Assembly: GCA_009659925.1 (NCBI GenBank) | Contig: PUXW01000008.1 | Coordinates: 3,398 to 67,397 of the forward strand | Direction of reading: 5' to 3' | Length of the DNA stretch: 64,000 bases | DNA from: Nitratiruptor sp. | Lineage (GTDB): Bacteria; Campylobacterota; Campylobacteria; Campylobacterales; Nitratiruptoraceae | Shown: positions 46,802 through 54,423 of the stretch, one piece after another | Position numbering within the stretch: position 1 is the stretch's first letter | Layout of the letters: each line of letters opens with the position of its first letter | Notes under the pieces: generated by a model | Database searches by the model: none | Told to the model about the DNA's origin: nothing | Seen by the model: only the letters and a program-made list of their open reading frames with translations | Translations under genes and position numbers: made by a program

Positions 46802-47453
46802 TTTCAAGCTCCTTGATGGTCTTTTCGAGCCAGCGCCGCTCGGCTGGATCGTCGCTGTGGCGCAGGAGGGCCTTGAAGAGGGCGATGGCCTTCTCATCCT
46901 CGTTCAACTTGGAGAGGAGGATGGGGTAGGTCTCCCGGGCAGTCATGGCCGCTTCGGGATTGTCATAGATCGCCTTGGCGTAGGGTTGGGCTCCGGCTAG
47001 ATTCTCGAGGCGAAATTGCCACCAGTAGCCCATGACCATCATCAATTTCCAATCCCGTTTGGCCAGATCGAAGTGTTCGTGCATGAGTTGATCCACCTTG
47101 TAGAAGTTGCTCCAATCCCCCTCCTCTTTGCCATACATGTACTGGTAGGCTACGATTTCGAGGGGGTTAATGTTGTAAGGATCGAGGGCGAGGGAAGCTC
47201 TGGCCACAGGCTCCCACTGGTCGCTCAGGAGCAGGTAGACCCGATTGGTAATACTCAGGCTATCGAGGAAACGGGCCATAAAGAGCTTGCGGTCAAAGCT
47301 CAAGATCTCGCTCATGGCCTGGGAGGGAATCAGGAAGGTGTTGATGTATTCCCGGCGCTGGAAGTAGCGCTTGAAGGCCTCTTGGTCGAAGAGATCGGGG
47401 AAGAGGGAGAGTTTCGCCGCCACGAGGGCGGCGAAGAGGATGAGCCAGCGCAT
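46788..47453 (-). CDS. exported helical-repeat protein, function unknown
   Basis: Signal-peptide-like 'MRWLILFAALVAAKLSLF'; Trp/Tyr-rich and helical (TPR-like?). The AAGGAG SD overlaps the upstream stop. Confidence 0.45.
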   Translation of the reverse strand: MRWLILFAALVAAKLSLFPDLFDQEAFKRYFQRREYINTFLIPSQAMSEILSFDRKLFMARFLDSLSITNRVYLLLSDQWEPVARASLALDPYNINPLEIVAYQYMYGKEEGDWSNFYKVDQLMHEHFDLAKRDWKLMMVMGYWWQFRLENLAGAQPYAKAIYDNPEAAMTARETYPILLSKLNEDEKAIALFKALLRHSDDPAERRWLEKTIKELENAQK

Positions 47454-47462
47454 TGAGACTCC

Positions 47463-48362
47463 TTACCAGATCTTGTAGGCGATGAAGTTGCGGTTGCGGC
47501 TGTTCCAATCGTAGCCGAGTTTGCCGTTGTCTTCTGGCCGCTTGTCTCCATCGCTATCACTCAGCTCACTATTGAGCTGGTAGTACTTCTCATTCTTGGC
47601 GTCATAGCGCAAAGCGGTGCGCAGGGTATCGCAATGCCAACATGTACGCCCATCGACCTTGGTGTCGAGTTCGGCCACCTTGGCATCGGCTGGACCGCTG
47701 CGCACGTAGCTGGGCTGGTAGTAGGTGAAGGTGTCGCTACAATCTCCATCTCCGTTGAGATCGCAAAGCCCATCGCTACAATCGTCATCACACTGATCGT
47801 CTTCGCTCTCTTCCTCCCGGCTATCCTCTTTGACCTGGATCCGTTTGTTCTCGTAGTTGGCAAGGACCACAGCGGTGAAGGGGCCGGCTCCAAAGTCGAT
47901 GGAATCGGCTACATCTCCCCCATTCCAGACCGTTCCAGGATCGAAATAGTAGAGGGTTCGCCACCAATCCCCTCCATCGCTCTTGTCGGTGCGCACATAC
48001 CCTGCCGAGGAGAAGAACCATGGAGTCTCGATGATGCGCAAATCCTCGTCGTCCAAAAGCCCGTCAAACTTGAGGGAGTATCTGGCACCTCCACTCTCCC
48101 AGAACTGGATGACTCCATCCCGAGGGGTATAGATTGGCCGCCCAGCCTCCTGGGAGATCTTGGAGGCTCGCCCATCATAGGGGAGCATGCCCCGCTTGTT
48201 GTAGTAGGTCCCAATGGCCGCAGCGATCTTCTTGAACTTCTGGGCCTCCTTTTGCATCTGAGCCGACTTGATCAGCTCAGTTCCCTTGATCCCCATGGCG
48301 ATCAGAAAGCCGATGATGACCAGCACGATCGCCAACTCCACCAGTGTGAAACCGCGACGCAT
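47463..48362 (-). CDS. prepilin-type (class III signal peptide) protein, 299 aa, with acidic Cys-knot
   Basis: 'MRRG|FTLVELAIVLVIIGFLIAMG'. The strongest SD in the operon (AAGGAGG). 'DDQCDDDCSDGLCDLNGDGDCSD' lies at 47733-47822. Confidence 0.8.
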   Translation of the reverse strand: MRRGFTLVELAIVLVIIGFLIAMGIKGTELIKSAQMQKEAQKFKKIAAAIGTYYNKRGMLPYDGRASKISQEAGRPIYTPRDGVIQFWESGGARYSLKFDGLLDDEDLRIIETPWFFSSAGYVRTDKSDGGDWWRTLYYFDPGTVWNGGDVADSIDFGAGPFTAVVLANYENKRIQVKEDSREEESEDDQCDDDCSDGLCDLNGDGDCSDTFTYYQPSYVRSGPADAKVAELDTKVDGRTCWHCDTLRTALRYDAKNEKYYQLNSELSDSDGDKRPEDNGKLGYDWNSRNRNFIAYKIW

Positions 48363-48381
48363 CTAACCTCCTTTGATCTTT

Positions 48382-48397
48382 TTGGCCTCTTGGCCAA
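48382..48397 (-). promoter_or_regulatory. hairpin (TTGGCC-n4-GGCCAA) in the secretin-prepilin spacer
   Basis: A perfect 6-bp palindromic stem in the only sizeable intergenic gap of the operon, 10 nt upstream of the AAGGAGG SD. Confidence 0.3.
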
Positions 48398-48416
48398 CGG
48401 GTATTATCGGTGGAGG

Positions 48417-50327
48417 CTAGAAGTATTTTACCCGCAGCAGGAGGATGAGATAGCTCTTGATCTTGGAGAGCTTCTTTTGGCGGAAGAGGTGTTTGAGGAT
48501 GGGGATTTCTGAGAGGATGGGCATTCCCTGGATCGAGTCGTCGTCGATTTCAGAGGAGATCCCTCCAAGGACGAGGACCTCTCCCTCTTTGAGTTTGGCG
48601 ATGGCGTTGAGCTGCTTCGTCTCGATAGTCAAGGGGACGGGGCGGGTTTGGAAGCGGGAGGGATCGGCAATGATCATACTGGCCAACTGCTCTTCGAGCT
48701 CTGCGGCACTCTTGCCCTGGAGCTTCTGGAGGATGGGGATGATGTTGAGGAGGACTTCCTGGCTCTCTTCGTTGTAACGGGGGAGGACATAGAGGGTGAG
48801 GCCCTCGGAGATAATGGGCATCTTCTGGACATTGACCGAGCTGACCGTATTGCTGACATTCTGGGTGGTGGTGCTCTCATACTCGACCTTGTTGTAGATG
48901 AGGATGCGATCATTGCCCACTTTGATCACGGCTGGTTGGTTGTTGAGGGTTGTGATTCGGGGGGAGGAGATGACCCGGGTGTAGCCCTGGGCGGAGAGGG
49001 CGGCGAGGAAAGCTTGGAAATCGGCGCCCCGGAAGGTGAGTTCCACCATCCCCGTATCGGGGGCAAGCCGCTGCTCCAGTTTGACCACCCCATCGCTTCC
49101 AAGGAGCTTCACATCGTCGATGAGCCGTTTCCAGTTGACCCCCATGGTAAAGTCTTTGTTGTTGATGAACTCGACAATCTGCAAATCGACCATGATCTCC
49201 CTGTTGAGAATCTTGTTGAGGGCCTGGATGTACTCGTCGATTTTGGCGATAGTCTTGGGGCGGCCCCGGACGACGATGAGACCGCTGATGCGATCGACCT
49301 GGACGAAGGGGCGGTACTGGAGGGAGCGGTTGATGGTGGTGCGTTCGGTGGAGCTGACCACCTCCTGGCTCTGGCGCTGGGTATTTTTGGAATAGTTGCG
49401 CATGAGGGAGGCGATGGAGGAGAGCTCCTTGCTCCTAGCCGACATCTCCCCTCGCTGCTGGGTACTCTGGGCGACCCGGCTCTCGCTCTTTTTAGGGATG
49501 AGCTTGTTCAAATCCACCTCTTTGGAGGCCTTCTTCAAGGGATTGCCCTCTTGCTTTTGAAAGCCCTGCCCCCAGCGTCCCCCGCTGCTCTCTCCAAAGC
49601 TATCGGCCTCGCTCTGGGCACGTTGCTCCTGGCTCTGGCGATCTTGCTGGTCCTTGTCCTCCTGGCTCGTAGCCTTGGCCCTATTTCTAGATGCGGTCTT
49701 GGAGAAGGCGACCTGGATGGAGGTTTGCTCCTCATCGGCGATGATGCGCTCTAGGGTCGTGCGCACCTGTTCCCAAATGTCGATGCGCAACTGGTTGTTG
49801 ATGATCAGTTGGGCCTCTCCCGATTGGGTGCTGTCCCCAGCGGCCGAGGCCGAGGCGACCATCGAGTTGACGCTGCGCATCGAGGCGGGGACGAAGAGCT
49901 TGAGGATGGCGGTCTTGTAGGTGACGATCTTCACTCCCTTATCCGGAGTGACCTCGTAGCTAAATCCATGCTGTTCACACAAGGCGTCGAGGGCCTCCTT
50001 GAGGGTGGCATCCACCAGGAAGAGGTCTACATTGAGCTCTACATCCCGATCGAGGTAGATGTTGGTTTTGGTCAAGTAGGTTAAGGTCTTGAGGGCCTCC
50101 TTGAAGGGGACCTGGTGTAAGTTGACACTCACCCGCTTGAGCAAGAAGGGCGGGATCGGTTTGGAGAGGGGCTTTGGCTCCTGGGGTGGGGCTGCTTTGG
50201 AGTGCTCCTCGTAGGCCTTATAGCGATCCAGGGCCGCTTGGAATCGAGCCTTTCGCTGGGCCTCCTCCTGGGATGGGGTACACCCTGAAAGGAGGAGCAA
50301 GAGGAGAAGGGGTAGAAGGACCCTCAT
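48417..50327 (-). CDS. secretin (GspD/PilQ family), lipoprotein form
   Basis: Lipobox 'LLLLSGC', an N0-like 'VSVNLHQVPFKEALKTL...' domain, and a C-terminal secretin domain 'ISSPRITTLNNQPAVIKVG...GMPILSEIPILKHLF'. Confidence 0.9.
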   Translation of the reverse strand: MRVLLPLLLLLLLSGCTPSQEEAQRKARFQAALDRYKAYEEHSKAAPPQEPKPLSKPIPPFLLKRVSVNLHQVPFKEALKTLTYLTKTNIYLDRDVELNVDLFLVDATLKEALDALCEQHGFSYEVTPDKGVKIVTYKTAILKLFVPASMRSVNSMVASASAAGDSTQSGEAQLIINNQLRIDIWEQVRTTLERIIADEEQTSIQVAFSKTASRNRAKATSQEDKDQQDRQSQEQRAQSEADSFGESSGGRWGQGFQKQEGNPLKKASKEVDLNKLIPKKSESRVAQSTQQRGEMSARSKELSSIASLMRNYSKNTQRQSQEVVSSTERTTINRSLQYRPFVQVDRISGLIVVRGRPKTIAKIDEYIQALNKILNREIMVDLQIVEFINNKDFTMGVNWKRLIDDVKLLGSDGVVKLEQRLAPDTGMVELTFRGADFQAFLAALSAQGYTRVISSPRITTLNNQPAVIKVGNDRILIYNKVEYESTTTQNVSNTVSSVNVQKMPIISEGLTLYVLPRYNEESQEVLLNIIPILQKLQGKSAAELEEQLASMIIADPSRFQTRPVPLTIETKQLNAIAKLKEGEVLVLGGISSEIDDDSIQGMPILSEIPILKHLFRQKKLSKIKSYLILLLRVKYF

Positions 50328-51019
50328 TGGATGGCCTTCATAAAGGCTTCCTCCAGATTCGATGTGCCATAGCGCTCTTGCAGCTCTTCGGGGGTTCCCT
50401 GATCGATGATGCGTCCCTGGTGGATGATGACCACCTCTTGGGCTAGCTCCTCTACATCTGAAAGGATGTGGCTAGCGAAGAGGATCCCTCGTTTTCCACG
50501 AAGTTCAAAAAAGATCTCCTTCAAGGCCCGTCTGGCTAGGGGATCGAGGCCACTCATGGGCTCATCCAGGATCATCCACGGGGTATCGCACAAGATGGTG
50601 GCGATGAGGGCGAGCTTTTGGCGCATCCCCTTGGAATAGCCTTTGATCTGGCGATCGAGGCCGTCAAAATCGAGGAGTTTGGCCAACTCCTGGAGCCGCC
50701 CTTCGTCTAGTTCCCGATCGGCCAGGGCGACGATGAACTCCACATACTCGATCCCCTTGAGGTAGAGGGGAGGCTCCACCACTTCAGGGAGGTAGCTGAT
50801 GGACCATTTGGCCTCGATAGAGCGGGAATCCTTCCCGTCGATGCGGATCTCCCCCTCAAAGGAGTTGATGGCCGATACCAGACACTTGAGGAGGGTACTC
50901 TTACCCGCCCCGTTGGCGCCGATGATGGCGAAGGTGGTGTTGGATGGGACCTGGAAGGTGATGTCGAAGATTCCTTTTCCGTTCTTGTAGACCTTGGAAA
51001 CGTGGTCGAACTCTATCAT
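50324..51019 (-). CDS. ABC transporter ATP-binding protein (ABC-2 subfamily type)
   Basis: Walker A 'GANGAGKST', signature 'YSKGMRQK' and Walker B 'WMILDEP'. Start set at MIEFDHV. ATGA overlaps at both ends. Confidence 0.9.
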   Translation of the reverse strand: MIEFDHVSKVYKNGKGIFDITFQVPSNTTFAIIGANGAGKSTLLKCLVSAINSFEGEIRIDGKDSRSIEAKWSISYLPEVVEPPLYLKGIEYVEFIVALADRELDEGRLQELAKLLDFDGLDRQIKGYSKGMRQKLALIATILCDTPWMILDEPMSGLDPLARRALKEIFFELRGKRGILFASHILSDVEELAQEVVIIHQGRIIDQGTPEELQERYGTSNLEEAFMKAIQ

Positions 51020-51537
51020 CGCTTCCCTACCTTGAAAGAGTAATGGCGTTTTCCACATCGCATCTGAACCTGCAAGAGGGTGATGGTCTCGATCAAACAC
51101 CCCTTGTAGCGGTCACGCTCTTGCAAAAGCTCCCCTTGGGCTGTGAGGACCGCCCTCTTTCCATCTTCCCCGATGAAGGCGGCGATAAAGTGGATCTCCT
51201 TGGCTGGGGGTGGGGGAGAGGGGATGGAGTGGCTCCAGGAGCCCTTGGAGCTGGGAGGGGCCTTGGACGAGGAGCTCGCGGTGTTGGAGGTGGATGTAGA
51301 AGAGGCCCGTTTGGTGGAGAACTGGCTGGTAAGTTCGCGGATGGAGGGGAGGGATTGGGAGCTGGTGGAGCCATTCTCCTCGGGGCATCGAAGGGTCCCG
51401 TTGAGATCGGAGATATTGCTCTCCTCGATGATCATCGCGTCGATGGAGGAGAGGGTACTCTGGAGCCGCTCCCACTTTCCAGCCCACAATGCCAAGGCGA
51501 TTCCCAGGATGAGCCAGAATTTACGGAGCATACTCAA
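51016..51537 (-). CDS. signal-anchored protein with S/T/P linker and PilP/GspC-HR-like C-terminal domain (putative)
   Basis: TTG start 8 nt after AAGGAGG. TM 'FWLILGIALALWAG', a Ser/Thr/Pro-rich linker, and C-terminal 'IHFIAAFIGEDGKRAVLTAQGELLQERDRYKGCLIETITLLQVQM'. Confidence 0.35.
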   Translation of the reverse strand: MSMLRKFWLILGIALALWAGKWERLQSTLSSIDAMIIEESNISDLNGTLRCPEENGSTSSQSLPSIRELTSQFSTKRASSTSTSNTASSSSKAPPSSKGSWSHSIPSPPPPAKEIHFIAAFIGEDGKRAVLTAQGELLQERDRYKGCLIETITLLQVQMRCGKRHYSFKVGKR

Positions 51538-54268
51538 GGATCACCCCTCCTTCCCAGCGGATAGGACATGTGGTCTGGGGGGCCGCTTCGACCCGCAAAA
51601 CCACGACCCCGTCACATCCGGTATAATCGTCCACCAGACTCAAGCGGCACTTGTCGGTCACCTTGGGATCGTCGACGACGAAGCCGGTGACCCGTACATT
51701 CTTGACCCGGATCTCGGGATCGTCGGTTGCGACAATCTTGAAACGCAAGAAACAGACCCGTACCCCTTTCCCTTCGGCGTTGTCGCAGACTTGATTTTCG
51801 GTCTTGACTCCCGTTCCCCAGAGGGTTTTGAGCCTCGTGGCACCGACGCGCACCTGGTCGTAGGAGTTGGCGTAAAGGAAGACGGTCTTGGCCAACATGT
51901 AGGGGGGATAGACCAGTTTGGCGGTGGTGATGCCCCCTTTGCCGATGGTGTAGGTTTGATCTTCATGGTCGAAGGTGAGGGTGGCGGTGTTCTTGGAGCA
52001 GATATCGACCCGTTTCTCGTTTCCTACCACGTAGGTCAAGCCTCCAACTGGCGCCCCTTCGTAGCGCTTATAGAGACGGAGCCGATTCTCATCGAGGACC
52101 TCGACGATATCCCATCCTCCCAGGTAGAGGTTGTCCCCGCGATCTTCGTCAGCCAGCACGACTAGACGATCCAGATGGGGGGTGACATTGAGGAAGTCGT
52201 AACCTGGGGCCTCGTTGGTGAAGAGGGTGCCCTCTTCGGGGGTGTAGGCAATAGCTCCCCCTTGGCGGACATAGAGGTGGCGGCCGGTGGAGCTCTTCTT
52301 CACTCCGGCGATGGCTCCGAAGAAGATCTTGCTCCCCTCCTTGGCCGGGTTGCCATACTTGTCACTGGCGAGGATGGTGTAGACATCTTCGAAGATGGTC
52401 AAAACATCGTCATAGCGGCTTCCAGCCAGGGAGATAGAGATGGTATGGACCGGCCCCGAGACGATGGTGATGGGGATGTTCTGGACGAAGCGCTCTTGGC
52501 CATCCTCCTTGCTCAAGAGGACCTCTACTTCCAAGATGTCGACTCCCGAGTGAAAGAGGGTGTAAAAGTCGATCTCCACCGGATTGGAGCGGATCTCGTC
52601 GATCCTCTTTTCAAAGAGCTCCCTCTCCCGATCGAAGCTGATGAGGTGGTTCAAGGAGCGGATGCGAATGGAGCGAATCGCCTGGGCTGGGGCAAATTTA
52701 GCCTCATTGTCCCGGTAGACCACCCCGAGCATGAGGCTTCCGTAGGAGTCGACCTCGACATTGTCACTCTGATTGTAGGTGATGACCTTGTAGAAGTGCT
52801 CCTCGCTGGTACGCAAGAGCTTCAAGTGGAGGGTGGCGATGGCCTCTTGGGCAGTGAAATCGACATCGAGCTCGATCTCCTCTTGGGGAAGGCCCGTTGG
52901 AGCCCGGTAGATCAGCCGTTTGTGGCCATGTTCGTCAGTGGTGAAGCGGTTGCCAATGAGATTACCGCTCTCGTCGTAGAAGTAGCCCAGCTGGGTTCGG
53001 CTCTCCTCGTCGATGAGGGCACTCACCTCCACCTCGGCGGAGATGTAGCGGTTGGCCCCATCGAGGGTGTAGAGATCGACGATGGCACTCTCCCCCTCCC
53101 GCAAGGTCAAGGATTCGCTGCTCAACACGATCTTGCTCACTCTGGTGATCTGGGGGAAGATGATGCGAATCTGTTTGGAAACCCCCTCGCTGGTGATGGT
53201 GAAGGTATAGATCTTGCCTGCCAGGTCGGCCAGCCGATTGGGGGCGGTGTAGGTGAAGGTGGCCCGTCCCTGTTGATCGGTGTACAAGACGGTGGAGCTC
53301 ACACTTCCATAGAGCTCCCCTTGTTCGTCTACGAGGATCGGGATCTCGACCTTGGCCGGGACGGGGCGGTTATGGCGGTCGAGGGTGAGGACTTCGATGG
53401 TGTAGCTGACCCCTGGCTCTTGGACCCGGATGATGGAGGGATCGACCACCAATTTGGCCACTGGAAGGCGCTCTTTGGCAACCACCTCCACCGGCTGCTT
53501 CTTGCCAACACGCAAGAAGACCCCTCGCTCCTTGAGGATGAAGGCTAGATCGATGGAGGTGCGCCCGGCCCCGACCCCCCGTACCGCTAGGCTACCGATG
53601 GAGCCGTTGAGATCAAGGGGAATGACCTGGGCGATATGGGGGGCTTGGGAGCGGGCCTGGACCTGGAGAATGCGTTGGGGATCGACGGGCTCGCCGGTGG
53701 AGCTTTCGATGAAGCGATAGAGGAGGATTGTCTCCTCGCCGGCTTCAATGGTGCCATTTCCATCCTTGAAGGAGAGTTCGATCTCATAGGCTTGAAGCTG
53801 CTGGGCGATGTCGATAGGTGCTCGAAGGAGGCTTTGGAGTTGGCGACGCTCCTGAAGGCGGTTTCCATCTTCGAAGATAGTCTCCACCACATACTCAGCT
53901 CGAAAGGCGAGGCTTTGGAGATTGTAGCAGGGACTTTGGAAGGTGATCTCGAAGTTGAGGAGGGATCGGTTGGTAATGTCGATCGGCTCCCTATTGCGCT
54001 TTCCCTCGATGAGGGCCTCTTGGATGAAACAGCCGTTTGTGAGTGCTTGAGGGGTGAAGGAGAAGGAGCGGATATACAAGTGGCGCTGTACCCCTTCCAA
54101 AGTCGGCTCAAGTTCGATCTGGAGCGGGACACTCCCGACGACCCGGAGAGGATCGACCATCTGGAAGCGCCCATCGCTTCCGACTTCGACTTTGGAAGAG
54201 GAACTCCCACATCCGCTAATGAAAAGGGAGAGTAGGAAGAGTGTAAGTAGGTGGAAGAGTCGTTGCAA
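51521..54268 (-). CDS. large lipoprotein with repeated Ig-like (invasin/Big_1-like) modules
   Basis: The TTG at 54268, with a GAAGGA SD, gives '(M)QRLFHLLTLFLLSLFISGC' with a lipobox. Repeated 'V..D..G......YTD..G.A.F.Y.AP' type modules follow. The track's ATG at 54370 adds 34 featureless residues. Confidence 0.6.
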   Translation of the reverse strand: MQRLFHLLTLFLLSLFISGCGSSSSKVEVGSDGRFQMVDPLRVVGSVPLQIELEPTLEGVQRHLYIRSFSFTPQALTNGCFIQEALIEGKRNREPIDITNRSLLNFEITFQSPCYNLQSLAFRAEYVVETIFEDGNRLQERRQLQSLLRAPIDIAQQLQAYEIELSFKDGNGTIEAGEETILLYRFIESSTGEPVDPQRILQVQARSQAPHIAQVIPLDLNGSIGSLAVRGVGAGRTSIDLAFILKERGVFLRVGKKQPVEVVAKERLPVAKLVVDPSIIRVQEPGVSYTIEVLTLDRHNRPVPAKVEIPILVDEQGELYGSVSSTVLYTDQQGRATFTYTAPNRLADLAGKIYTFTITSEGVSKQIRIIFPQITRVSKIVLSSESLTLREGESAIVDLYTLDGANRYISAEVEVSALIDEESRTQLGYFYDESGNLIGNRFTTDEHGHKRLIYRAPTGLPQEEIELDVDFTAQEAIATLHLKLLRTSEEHFYKVITYNQSDNVEVDSYGSLMLGVVYRDNEAKFAPAQAIRSIRIRSLNHLISFDRERELFEKRIDEIRSNPVEIDFYTLFHSGVDILEVEVLLSKEDGQERFVQNIPITIVSGPVHTISISLAGSRYDDVLTIFEDVYTILASDKYGNPAKEGSKIFFGAIAGVKKSSTGRHLYVRQGGAIAYTPEEGTLFTNEAPGYDFLNVTPHLDRLVVLADEDRGDNLYLGGWDIVEVLDENRLRLYKRYEGAPVGGLTYVVGNEKRVDICSKNTATLTFDHEDQTYTIGKGGITTAKLVYPPYMLAKTVFLYANSYDQVRVGATRLKTLWGTGVKTENQVCDNAEGKGVRVCFLRFKIVATDDPEIRVKNVRVTGFVVDDPKVTDKCRLSLVDDYTGCDGVVVLRVEAAPQTTCPIRWEGGVILEYAP

Positions 54269-54358
54269 TTTCCATCCTTCGCTTCTATTGGAAGTGGAGC
54301 TGTGCTTGGTTAGTGTAGCAGAGGTGAAGTAAAAGTTCCTTTGAGGGAGCGAGCAAGT

Positions 54359-54400
54359 GGGAAAAGTCAAGGGGAAATTAAGGGGATTCGGGAATTTCGG
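54359..54400 (-). repeat. four phased AWTTCCC(C) direct repeats in the operon leader
   Basis: The minus strand reads 'aaATTCCCgAATCCCCttaATTTCCCCttgacTTTTCCC'. The plus-strand G-runs start at about 54359, 54371, 54382 and 54390. Confidence 0.4.
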
Positions 54401-54423
54401 GCAATAGAAACCCCTACCGAATT

